Source: Desulfobacterales bacterium (lineage in GTDB: Bacteria; Desulfobacterota; Desulfobacteria; Desulfobacterales; JAHEIW01). From it: DNA of 64,000 nt. Of the stretch, positions 33,820 to 43,148 are shown piece by piece; position 1 is the stretch's first letter, and every line of letters starts with the position of its first letter. The DNA lies in the NCBI GenBank assembly GCA_020353355.1, contig CP070694.1, positions 2,447,026-2,511,025 on the forward strand, written 5' to 3'. The position numbers and the translations under genes were made by a program. Below the pieces are notes generated by a model. The model searched no databases and was not told the origin of the DNA. It worked only from the letters and a program-made list of their open reading frames with translations.

Positions 33820-34966
33820 GATTATCTTCGCACTGACCCTCATCCATTTTATAGGAGATTTTTATAGTTCGTTTATCATCCCGCTTTTGCCGCTTTTCGT
33901 TAATAAGTTTTCCCTGAGCTTGGCCCAGGCCGGTTTGATCACGGGGTTGAGTCGGTTCCTGGCGTTTGTTGTCCAACCTCCGGTTGGATATATGGCCGAC
34001 CGATATCGCACCCGCAGCTTCGCGTTAGGCGGACCGCTGCTGGTAACTGTCTTTATTTCCCTTACCGGAGTCGCACCCGAATTCTGGATATTGATAATAT
34101 TTACATGTCTTGGATCTATTGGTTCGTCCATGTTTCACCCTACGGCAGCCGGAATGGTCGAACCCTATGCGGGCAGGAATTTCGGCTTTGCCATGGCCAT
34201 ATTTGGCATGGGCGGCACCCTGGCGTTCGGAGTCGGACCCTTGTTCATCAGCTGGTTTGCAGGGACTTATGGCCTTCGCGCAACACCTTTCGCAATGATA
34301 ATAGGGTTCGCGGTAATAATTTATCTTTACCGAACAGTGCCGGTACCCGAAGTCCAAGGCATTAAACACCATGGTCTATTTCAATCGATCAAGGAAGTCT
34401 TCGGGCCGGTTTGGATTCCAATCGTCTTCATCTGGTTGGTGATGACCCTGCGGGCCTATGTCAGCCAGTCTTTTCTGACCTATTTGCCGTTGCTTTATTC
34501 TCAAAAAGGCTTTTCGCTGCTATCCATCGGCACCTTAGTTTCGCTGTTTACGGTAGCCGGTGCACTCAGCGGACTTTTCGCCGGCCATTTGTCCGATAGA
34601 GTTGGCTTTAAACCCGTTTTCATCGGCGCTCATCTGTTGACAACCCCCAGCATGTTTTTATTGTTGTATCTTCCGGGAAATTGGATTTATCCAAGTGTTT
34701 TTCTCACCGGTTTCTTCGTTCTGGCAACACTTCCTTTGGGTGTAGCGCTGGCACAAAGAATGGCACCCCAGGGAAAATCAATGGCTTCAAGCTTAATGAT
34801 GGGCCTGGCCTATGGCGCAGGGGGTTTGCTAACGCCGCTGACCGGAAAATTGGCAGACATGTTTTCGATTCGACCGGTGCTGACTACCCTAGCGTTGATC
34901 CCGATCCTGAGCATCAGCCTCATATACTACCTTTTCAAGCATTATGCGGTTTCGGTTTCACGCTAG
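33749..34966 (+). CDS. MFS transporter, Fsr (fosmidomycin-resistance)-like
   Basis: 12 predicted TM helices. N-terminal LIHFIGDFYSSFIIPLLP motif is typical of the Fsr subfamily. Start is uncertain (ATG 33749 or TTG 33788; the track ORF starts at 33683). Overlaps the end of the HD-GYP gene. Confidence 0.7.
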   Translation: MHCASAWIRKIINLAEKTQHANIKIIFALTLIHFIGDFYSSFIIPLLPLFVNKFSLSLAQAGLITGLSRFLAFVVQPPVGYMADRYRTRSFALGGPLLVTVFISLTGVAPEFWILIIFTCLGSIGSSMFHPTAAGMVEPYAGRNFGFAMAIFGMGGTLAFGVGPLFISWFAGTYGLRATPFAMIIGFAVIIYLYRTVPVPEVQGIKHHGLFQSIKEVFGPVWIPIVFIWLVMTLRAYVSQSFLTYLPLLYSQKGFSLLSIGTLVSLFTVAGALSGLFAGHLSDRVGFKPVFIGAHLLTTPSMFLLLYLPGNWIYPSVFLTGFFVLATLPLGVALAQRMAPQGKSMASSLMMGLAYGAGGLLTPLTGKLADMFSIRPVLTTLALIPILSISLIYYLFKHYAVSVSR

Positions 34967-34989
34967 CGCATTTTATTTCGAAAAATTTA

Positions 34990-36354
34990 TCAGAATCGTG
35001 TTGCCGGGAATTTGGCGGGATATGCTTTATAATAATGGGAGCCTTGCCAGCTTTTCTTGAGTGCCTTGTTGAATCGATAGGACGCATAGAAATTTATTGG
35101 CTTTTTTAAACTGAATAAGGACTTGAACATCCTGTACTGATTCCATGGAAAAGAGTATAGGCGCTGTTTAACATAATTATCGCCGATATAAATCGTATCG
35201 GGATTCACTCCTTCAGGTTTGCGGACCACGTAAGACAGGCGATACTTCGCCCAATCATCAGGAAATTTTCGATAAAGCAGACGGTCCTCCTTTTCCATTT
35301 GCTCCATAAATTCGGTTCCAGGCAAGGGGGTGAGAATGGATAGCTGGACCACATCAATGCCGGAATGGATTAAAAAGGATGCCAATTCTTTATAATAGGC
35401 AGGCGACTCATGATCGTTTCCGATGATAAACGCGCCGATGACCCCGATTCCATATTTGTGAAATGCATCGACGACGTTCTTATAATTCTCTACCCCTATC
35501 TTCAGGTTCACCCCTTTTTTCATGTCCATTAAATTCGACTCACTAATCGTTTCAAAACCAATAAAGGCAAACATGCACCCTGCCTCGGCAGCCAGCTTGA
35601 GCACGTGCTCTTCATTGGCAGAATCAATAGATGTTTGCATCCACCATTTTTTGTTGAGGCCCAGCGTAAGCATGCCCTCAAATATGTCAGCCGCTCTGCG
35701 TTTACTTTCGCGACTGTATCCGATTAGATTATCATCTAAAAAAAATAAATACTCACTGCTTATATCTTGCAACTCATCCAGGACATCGTTGGCAGTTCGT
35801 TGACGGAATTGTTTTCCTAAATATTTTGAGACTGAACAGAAATTGCAATCAAACGGACAGCCTCGCGAAGTTTGGATGGAATGAAAGAGATATCTTTGAT
35901 TCAATAAATCACGTCTCGGTTTGATGCTGCTTTGAGATAGGTCTATCCAAGGGCCGCGATATTTGTCGGACAAGCAGTTATTTTCGAAATCCGCTATTAC
36001 GTTTCTCCAGATACCCTCAGCTTCGCCGATGACCACCGTATCGGCATATTGCAGCACTTCATCGGGCAACATCGATGCGTGTATTCCTCCAATTACGACC
36101 TTTATATTCCGCTGACGATATGTCTGGGCGATTTCATATGCGCGGTTAATGTTGCTGGTGAACGCGGAAATGCCAACCAAATCGGCTTCTTCGTATTCAG
36201 ACCGGTCAAAATTTTCATCTATTAATTTCACCTCCCAATTGGATGGCGTCACCGCAGCAACATAAGCCAGGCCTAATGGTGGGATCGTGGAAAATTTGCT
36301 CAACAGATAGCCACTGACCTGACCGACGGGATTTATTAAAAGAAGTTTCTTCAT
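34990..36354 (-). CDS. B12-binding-domain radical SAM protein
   Basis: Start at ATG 36354 (MKKLLLINP...). N-terminal cobalamin-binding Rossmann part (LVGISAFTSN...VVIGGIH). Radical-SAM cluster motif CPFDCNFC. Confidence 0.85.
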   Translation of the reverse strand: MKKLLLINPVGQVSGYLLSKFSTIPPLGLAYVAAVTPSNWEVKLIDENFDRSEYEEADLVGISAFTSNINRAYEIAQTYRQRNIKVVIGGIHASMLPDEVLQYADTVVIGEAEGIWRNVIADFENNCLSDKYRGPWIDLSQSSIKPRRDLLNQRYLFHSIQTSRGCPFDCNFCSVSKYLGKQFRQRTANDVLDELQDISSEYLFFLDDNLIGYSRESKRRAADIFEGMLTLGLNKKWWMQTSIDSANEEHVLKLAAEAGCMFAFIGFETISESNLMDMKKGVNLKIGVENYKNVVDAFHKYGIGVIGAFIIGNDHESPAYYKELASFLIHSGIDVVQLSILTPLPGTEFMEQMEKEDRLLYRKFPDDWAKYRLSYVVRKPEGVNPDTIYIGDNYVKQRLYSFPWNQYRMFKSLFSLKKPINFYASYRFNKALKKSWQGSHYYKAYPAKFPATRF

Positions 36355-36468
36355 TTCATATAAGATCCTGATTTCTGAAGAAAAGCTATAGACGAAATAT
36401 GAAAATAGCAAGAAGTTTTTTCCCGCAATGATTCCCCTGGCAAAATCATATGATCCTCAAATCCGCAA

Positions 36469-37770
36469 TCAATACGGCTGCTCTTCCTTTTGACATACTG
36501 CTTGATAATCAAAACGTAATGCCAAAATCAAACCTATCCATATTGCACAGATACTAATGGTAAACCAACTTAATTGGGCGACGCTGATCGTAAATGGCAA
36601 CCACTGGGTAAAAAGCAAAATTAACACGGACCCCGAAACCTTAAAAATTCGGTATCCAAACATATCAATCCACGCTTTAGCCTGATATATGATGATGGGA
36701 TCAACAGGGATATACAGCAGTTCCTTTGAAGCGCGATTAATGGAATATGATAAACCGCGGTCGCTGATCTTGATGGCGCAACCAAAAAACAGGGTTGATT
36801 GAAATAAAAAACACCAGGAGAAAAGGCTGATCATTAATGGCTGGGCCAGCAACCCACCGATCGCACCGAAAAACCGGTGAATGCAGGGGGTAATAAGCAA
36901 ATTTATACCTATGGAAATCAGACCCATTACACTGAAAAACAATGACAAAAACGCCGTCCGTGCTTCCCTTTCCGGATAGAATTTTTCAACCGTATTTAAA
37001 TATTGATAATCGATTAAAGGCGAAACCAGTTGGGCCAGCATTAAAATCGCTGCGATCAGCAATAAATATCGGCTGTGCCCCAAAATTCGCCAACCCCCCT
37101 TGGTCGCTGTTTTTAGATGAACGAAGTGTTCAACTTCACAATAGATTCCGGCACGCCCCATGAACCAGGTTAAGATAAAGATCAAAAAGAGGGTAGCTGC
37201 CGCCGTTATCATAAGATCCGGTGTCTGCAAGGCTGTGCGCTGGATTAATAATGCCGAAAACCCACCGCCGGTCACACCGCCGACCAGACCACCCGTTCCC
37301 ACAAGGCCGTACCAGGACTTGCCTTCCTGGGTCGTATAAACAGAGTTGGTCAAACTCCAGAATTGCTCAATCAATACAACACTAAAGATATCTACAAATA
37401 CATAAAAACATATGGGTATGGCCGGCCCGGGGAGATTAAACAACAAGCGAAACACAATCAACAAAGCGCTGGATACCAGAGATGTCCCCAGCACCACGTG
37501 AAGCCTGCTGTAACGTTCAACCCATCGATGATAATAGGAAATAAACACAACCATGGTCACGGCAGTGATAATCCATACATAAGGTAATCTGGCGGCACCC
37601 ACATCCTCAATAAATAGAGAGCGGCTGGCCGGTTTCAATTGATACAATGCCATCGTAATCAGAAAAAAATTGACAAATAAAAAAACTGCTCGAATACCCA
37701 GCTGTCGCAGCGCAACGTATTTTTCTTTACATTTTGCGATGATGTCCAGTTTTGAAGTTTCCACTTGCAA
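36469..37770 (-). CDS. multi-pass membrane transporter, TLC/Npt (ATP:ADP antiporter-like) or MFS-related
   Basis: About 11-12 TM helices. N-terminal FLFVNFFLITMALYQLKPASRSLF resembles the TLC-family LKxxRDxL signature. Assignment is by resemblance only. Confidence 0.5.
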   Translation of the reverse strand: MQVETSKLDIIAKCKEKYVALRQLGIRAVFLFVNFFLITMALYQLKPASRSLFIEDVGAARLPYVWIITAVTMVVFISYYHRWVERYSRLHVVLGTSLVSSALLIVFRLLFNLPGPAIPICFYVFVDIFSVVLIEQFWSLTNSVYTTQEGKSWYGLVGTGGLVGGVTGGGFSALLIQRTALQTPDLMITAAATLFLIFILTWFMGRAGIYCEVEHFVHLKTATKGGWRILGHSRYLLLIAAILMLAQLVSPLIDYQYLNTVEKFYPEREARTAFLSLFFSVMGLISIGINLLITPCIHRFFGAIGGLLAQPLMISLFSWCFLFQSTLFFGCAIKISDRGLSYSINRASKELLYIPVDPIIIYQAKAWIDMFGYRIFKVSGSVLILLFTQWLPFTISVAQLSWFTISICAIWIGLILALRFDYQAVCQKEEQPY

Positions 37771-37800
37771 TCTCTTTCATTATTAGTAATAATTCTTATT

Positions 37801-38688
37801 ATGAATTTTAAAATTCAATTCATTGCATGCCTTATCCTGGGCATGCTGTTCGCAATTCCGGTGGATGCTCAGCAGCAAACTCCGTCGTTAGGCGAAGACT
37901 GCGATCCTGTTTTGCAAAAAGGCCTGGTGGGCTCCCTGAATTTCCTGAAATTAGACAGCGCGGCGGATCGAAAGAATCTCAGCGTTGTCGTCGTCGATAT
38001 TACCGATCCCTTTTCCCCGCGCATGGCCTATGTCAATCCCAATGAGATGATGTATGCTGCCAGTCTGCCGAAGATTGCCATATTACTGGGAGCATTTGAT
38101 CGCATCTCCAAAGGGGAAATGAACCTTGATGACGCAATGTTGGACAAACTTAAAAAAATGATTCGCAATTCGTCCAATGAGGCGGCCACCGAAATTCTAA
38201 ATCTCGTCGGAAAAGAATACGTGAACGAACTGTTGCAATCACCTCGCTATCGCCTGTATGACCTGGAAAAAAATGGCGGTATCTGGGTCGGCAAGGAATA
38301 TGATAAATCACCGGCCTATGATCGCGATCCATTGCATAATCTATCCCATGGCGCTACTGCCCTTCAAGTCGCCCGCTTCTATTATTTGCTGGAAACTGGC
38401 CAGCTGGTTTCCCCGGAACTCAGTCAATTGATGAAATCAATCTTAGGTCAACCCGCCATTGAACATAAGTTTGTCAAAGGACTTAAAAAAGTTCATCCCA
38501 AATCCCGCATTTACCGCAAATCCGGAACCTGGAAGCAGTATCATTCGGACAGTGCCATTATCGAACATGATGGCCGTCGCTATATCGCCGTGGCCCTGGC
38601 CAAAAGTCCCCATGGTGAAAAATGGCTCACGCAGTTAATTGTGGCGCTGGATAAACTCGTATGTGCACCTGCCTCTACTGTGCAATAG
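37801..38688 (+). CDS. exported class A beta-lactamase-fold serine hydrolase
   Basis: ATG 37801 (MNFKIQFIACLILGMLFAIPVDAQQ signal). SxxK = ASLPK, SxN = SSNEA, KxG = KSGT. Confidence 0.7.
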   Translation: MNFKIQFIACLILGMLFAIPVDAQQQTPSLGEDCDPVLQKGLVGSLNFLKLDSAADRKNLSVVVVDITDPFSPRMAYVNPNEMMYAASLPKIAILLGAFDRISKGEMNLDDAMLDKLKKMIRNSSNEAATEILNLVGKEYVNELLQSPRYRLYDLEKNGGIWVGKEYDKSPAYDRDPLHNLSHGATALQVARFYYLLETGQLVSPELSQLMKSILGQPAIEHKFVKGLKKVHPKSRIYRKSGTWKQYHSDSAIIEHDGRRYIAVALAKSPHGEKWLTQLIVALDKLVCAPASTVQ

Positions 38689-39958
38689 ATCTCCTGTTTT
38701 TATGATAATTTTCGATCAATCGATGCAAGCGTGTCGCCAGCGTCTGATGAACCACCGCTGAATTTTTACGCAAGACATTCGACATTACTGCCACCATGTA
38801 ATATAGTTTTCTTTCTGCCGCCGGTGATTCAATAATGGCCACCGAATTCAGCATGTTCACTTCATTGCCATGGTATTTCCGGCATTTAAAATCGGGTTCG
38901 GCTTTGCACTTATACAATGAGCCGGATTTAAAATAAACGGCGGCATTTCCCAGGGCCGGCGCGGAGGCATACCGAATTCGACCCTGGGTCATGTAAATCA
39001 GCCGCTTAATTTCGCGGCTTGAAAAAGTATCCACGAGTTTTCCTTGTTCCAGTTTTATTAAAAAGCGCAACAACGCCCGCGAATTGGCATAGCTGGTGGT
39101 TCCCGGTATACGTTTTTTTCCCTTCCAGGTAAAAAACGACCCTTGACGAAGCTGCGCAATATCCAGGCCACTGCGAGTTACCGGACCCTGTAAAGCACTG
39201 GATAAAAGAACCGCAAGCTCCTGCTTGGGCGTTTCGCTCAAAAATGCCTCCGCCACTTCAGCACTAATCGGATAGGCTTTGCCAAATTTGACCATCAGCA
39301 CAAGCTCCCGCATAACCATGCTGGCGGCCGCATTCGAACTGGCAGACAGCATCCAGTCAAGATAGGTCCACAAACTGGCCTGATCACCGACCTGGATCGG
39401 ACGGTACCAGATTTTTTCGCTGTCCAAGGTCCAGAAAGGCACTATGTGATGATCGGATTGGATGAACTCATCAGCGGTAACGGCCGTATGTCGCAATACC
39501 TTTATGCGCGCTGCTATATCTTCAGGATAAATATCAGCCAGGGTCTGGAAGACTGCCAGAGCCACAATTATTTTGCCGACACTGCCCGGATTGGCGAGGG
39601 CATCACCGCGATGCTCGGCATAAAGCGGCTGCTCGGGATTGGACAAATCTAGCAGCGCCACCCCGTAACGATCGGATTCAGCCCCTAAAAGATTTTTAAT
39701 TTTCGTCGTAAACTCCGGATCCGGGTCAGGAATCTTGAAATCAGGTCGGCCCAACAACCGCACATCGACCTGATCATTGCGCAGCAGCGCGCCGGCATAC
39801 AGACGGATGCCGCGCACTTTGCCTTCCTGGGCCAAACGGAACCCCTCCAATCGCAAAATACCGGTATATGCAAAGCCATCCAATGGATAGCACCAGCCGT
39901 AGGACACTCCCAGCAACCAAAAAATGAGAACACCAAATTGTGAAAGAAGCAGTTTCAT
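38675..39958 (-). CDS. exported beta-lactamase-fold serine hydrolase (divergent paralogue)
   Basis: ATG 39958 (MKLLLSQFGVLIFWLLGVSYG signal). SxxK = GSVGK, SxN = SSNAA, KxG = KSGS. Its start overlaps the stop of the upstream gene (39960-39962). Confidence 0.6.
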   Translation of the reverse strand: MKLLLSQFGVLIFWLLGVSYGWCYPLDGFAYTGILRLEGFRLAQEGKVRGIRLYAGALLRNDQVDVRLLGRPDFKIPDPDPEFTTKIKNLLGAESDRYGVALLDLSNPEQPLYAEHRGDALANPGSVGKIIVALAVFQTLADIYPEDIAARIKVLRHTAVTADEFIQSDHHIVPFWTLDSEKIWYRPIQVGDQASLWTYLDWMLSASSNAAASMVMRELVLMVKFGKAYPISAEVAEAFLSETPKQELAVLLSSALQGPVTRSGLDIAQLRQGSFFTWKGKKRIPGTTSYANSRALLRFLIKLEQGKLVDTFSSREIKRLIYMTQGRIRYASAPALGNAAVYFKSGSLYKCKAEPDFKCRKYHGNEVNMLNSVAIIESPAAERKLYYMVAVMSNVLRKNSAVVHQTLATRLHRLIENYHKNRRSIAQ

Positions 39959-39959
39959 A

Positions 39960-42878
39960 TCACTCTCCGGGAATTTTATCCAGATTAATGCGAAGGACAT
40001 GATTTTCGTTTAATTCTTGATCGAGGCGGTTTAAAAACAGGTTTTGACGCGCCCGGGGACTGTCCAGAAACGGTCGAATTTGAAAAAGCAACAATTGATT
40101 CTGGAAAAAACCAAATTCGATATCCGCCGGCACCGGACGACCGTCTGCGTCCAGCAATTTGGGGAACCGCATGGGAACGGATTTCGCAAATTTTATTAAA
40201 TCGGTAATCTCGCCGGATGATAATATCGCTTCGCTGCCACTTGCCGGGACCTTTTTCACACCACCTGTGGCCAATAAAATACGTTTGCTTGGCTCAGTGG
40301 CATGCGCCATCAATCGAACGCGGCCGGTTTCTCGATGAACTCGCAATTCCTCCGCCGCCTGACCCGAAACCGCACCGCCGACCCCCTCATTGACGGCAAT
40401 CGTGAGCCAATCCATTTGTCCGCTGTCCACATCTGCGGTAACCATCACTCCGGATTTGTCGGCGGGTATGCTTTTTTGGAGCAGCACGGAAACATATAGA
40501 TGCTGCGGATTCTCCATATACGCCTGGCGCCACTGATACGCGCGTTCGGTAAAGGCAGAGGCCCATACCCGGCTGATCGCCTTCAGCACATTTTCAAAAC
40601 CGACCACATTGGCTACCGTGAGGTTGAGCCCGGCACCGGTAAATCCCGGAAGATCTTCCACATTGGTGTCGCTGCGCACGAAAACCCCATATGTCCCGTC
40701 CGCGCCAAAGGTGGCTTGCATGGCTCCACGCAGGCGATCACGAAACGCCGGACCGGGATCGGCATTTACAATCCATTGTTGTAGTTGCGTTAAAAACTGG
40801 CGGATGGCGAGTTTTTGCTCGCCGGGGGTATTGCTTAAACTCCGGATCATCGTATAGCGTTCCAGCATCCAGCTAAACACGGTGGGGCCGTCGGGCGCAA
40901 TTGGCTGATCCAGTAGTTCCCGATACACACCAAAGGGGATAACCAATCCATCGGCAACCGCCGCCGGAAAATGATGTTTAAGCTCGCCAAGATTGGCCGC
41001 CTTGGGTCCGGCGACGCGTCCGGAATCATTTGCCCTTAAATCTTGGAGTGCAATAAAACTTTGATGGTGAAGATCCAGCTTATTGAGATCCGGGCGTATC
41101 AGAACCCGTTGAGGTGTTTTTCCGTCGAAGAAAATGGTGTCCCACTGGGGGCCATCATCAACGAGTTGAACAATACCCCCGGGACTTACTGCCAACACGA
41201 CGTTTTGCCCGATGTGGGAGCTGAATTGCGGCAGCAGTTTTTTATCCACAGCAGCGTTGGGGATACCCAGATTGCGGGCCAATAACTGGACATGTGAAAG
41301 CATATTTCCCTGACCGGCTGTGATGATACCGGCCACCGGCGGCAGATCCTCAGTGGTTGCCGGTAAAACATAGATACCGTTGCGATCAAATTTTGCACGG
41401 TGTTCTCCCGTCCGCGCAACCCGCAGAACACCTCGGGCAAGCCCGGCATTCAGACCGCGCAGACCGGAAGACACCTTCTGTCCGAACAACGTCGTGTGAA
41501 TGCCTAATTTAATATTGACATCGGCCATCAGGCTATCGAGAACGGCGGCATAGAAAAGCAACAGGCTGCCGCGCAATCGATCGTGGATGTAACGGCTTGC
41601 AATGGGATCAAGCTCGGTCAAGCGGGCGACCGCTTGCGAAAAATGAAATCGAACCGTTCGGTCCGCCCATCCGGGCACCAGTGCAGCATAATCTAATTCC
41701 GTCTTATAATCGATTAACACCGCTCCTGTCTGCGTGCTGCGGTCAAAACTATCTGTTAAGGCGTTCCACTGTCTTTGGGAAAGAATTCCGATACCGTAAA
41801 GTGCGGCAGCAGTTTCCTTTAACCAGGCGATCCGTTGACGGCGGGTGGCCTGTTCAAGTTTTTCCAGAAGATCATTTGCGCTGCGAAACACCTCGTCTTC
41901 CAGAGTCAAGCTGACATTCAACGCCGCAAGCTTTTGGTGGGCGCTGCCCAAGTTCGAGAAGTTGTCACGAAGTGCTGCCAATAGACGGCAAGCAGCGGCA
42001 AAACGTATCCAGGGGGTATTTTCTTTTGACAATTGACCGGCACGCTGATTGAGCAATCGGACCAACGTGCTATCGCTAACCTGCTTGGATAATGAGCGCA
42101 ACTCAGATCGAAGCTCTGCGGGATTGAACACCTTTTCAATGATGATTGCCAAATGTTCATATTCCCCTGACAAATCAACCCGTCCTTTTTGGGCGGCATA
42201 GGTTCGCACCCGCGCGGCATCGCCTAATTCCGGTTTGACATGGATCTTAATCCGGAGGGGTTCGAAATTGGTGTCATGCTCGGCAAATGCCAGGGACAAT
42301 TGTCTCATCTCACTAATCGGTGCACCGCTGCGCCCATGGGGAAATAATTTTACGGCCTCTCGCAAAACCAGATATTTATCTCCCCACGGCGGTTCCGCAG
42401 CAAGGACGAGCAAAAGACTGCGGCCGCTGCGGCTTTCATCTTCGGCTTGCAGTGCACCCCGGTAAAACCGGGCGTTGCGGAATATCCATCCGTCATCCGC
42501 CCCAATCAGAAACTGTTCCACAATCATCTGCTTTACCATATCGGGATGCTCGGGATTCTGTAATAACTCTTGAGGGTCAATATCCGCAAATACATTGGCG
42601 ACGTAATAGCCATTTGCCCGCAGGGTCTTGACCCGATCGGTCCATTCACCGTGTTGCACACCTCCGCCGTGATCTTTACAGGCATACTCTGTGGGAGGTA
42701 GAATCGTGCCGTCATTGCAAAACCAGCGGATATGTTTAAACGGGCCTCGCGCCGACATCTTCATTTCTGCAACCCAACTGCGCAAGTTGCTTTCATCAGG
42801 CAAGGTTGTCGTCGCGGACGCTGCCACCGGGAGCAAGCTAACAAAAATTGATAAAATGACGTGTGCCAATGGTTTCAT
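39960..42878 (-). CDS. exported PEP-synthase/rifampin-phosphotransferase-superfamily protein with permuted domain order (unknown N-domain, swivel-His domain, ATP-grasp PPDK_N domain)
   Basis: Signal peptide MKPLAHVILSIFVSLLPVAASA/TT. PEP-utilizer mobile domain around PVAGIITAGQGNMLSHVQLLARNLGIPNAAV. C-terminal PPDK_N-type ATP-grasp (GPKAANLGEL, VFVRSDTNVEDLPGFTGAGL, WASAFTERAYQWR, SGVMVTAD, EFGFFQNQLLLFQIRP). Confidence 0.75.
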   Translation of the reverse strand: MKPLAHVILSIFVSLLPVAASATTTLPDESNLRSWVAEMKMSARGPFKHIRWFCNDGTILPPTEYACKDHGGGVQHGEWTDRVKTLRANGYYVANVFADIDPQELLQNPEHPDMVKQMIVEQFLIGADDGWIFRNARFYRGALQAEDESRSGRSLLLVLAAEPPWGDKYLVLREAVKLFPHGRSGAPISEMRQLSLAFAEHDTNFEPLRIKIHVKPELGDAARVRTYAAQKGRVDLSGEYEHLAIIIEKVFNPAELRSELRSLSKQVSDSTLVRLLNQRAGQLSKENTPWIRFAAACRLLAALRDNFSNLGSAHQKLAALNVSLTLEDEVFRSANDLLEKLEQATRRQRIAWLKETAAALYGIGILSQRQWNALTDSFDRSTQTGAVLIDYKTELDYAALVPGWADRTVRFHFSQAVARLTELDPIASRYIHDRLRGSLLLFYAAVLDSLMADVNIKLGIHTTLFGQKVSSGLRGLNAGLARGVLRVARTGEHRAKFDRNGIYVLPATTEDLPPVAGIITAGQGNMLSHVQLLARNLGIPNAAVDKKLLPQFSSHIGQNVVLAVSPGGIVQLVDDGPQWDTIFFDGKTPQRVLIRPDLNKLDLHHQSFIALQDLRANDSGRVAGPKAANLGELKHHFPAAVADGLVIPFGVYRELLDQPIAPDGPTVFSWMLERYTMIRSLSNTPGEQKLAIRQFLTQLQQWIVNADPGPAFRDRLRGAMQATFGADGTYGVFVRSDTNVEDLPGFTGAGLNLTVANVVGFENVLKAISRVWASAFTERAYQWRQAYMENPQHLYVSVLLQKSIPADKSGVMVTADVDSGQMDWLTIAVNEGVGGAVSGQAAEELRVHRETGRVRLMAHATEPSKRILLATGGVKKVPASGSEAILSSGEITDLIKFAKSVPMRFPKLLDADGRPVPADIEFGFFQNQLLLFQIRPFLDSPRARQNLFLNRLDQELNENHVLRINLDKIPGE

Positions 42879-43148
42879 TTTCGCAAGTTCTTAGCATTCA
42901 TCACGAGCAACGCGTTAACGTGTGAACCTCTGGTTTAATTGCCGATCAATTTATTTTCATACTATAGGCACGATTTTAAATTTGGCCACCACCTAAATAA
43001 AATGCCCGCTTGTCCTGAAATGCCTCACTGCCAATGGTTGAGAATGATCCAGATATTACCGCAATTGCCGGATTTGAAAAAAACGTTTTAGCCATCGAAC
43101 AACAATTGCAGCAGCTCAAAGAAGGCGCTCGGGGATAAGATGCAAAAT

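Noticed and set aside
43034-43138. 34-codon plus-strand ORF MVENDPDITAIAGFEKNVLAIEQQLQQLKEGARG, faintly reminiscent of an XseB N-terminus
   Set aside because: No Shine-Dalgarno sequence. It is too short (XseB is about 70-80 aa) and the similarity is only a coiled-coil-like pattern. It could be a remnant, but I cannot support it.
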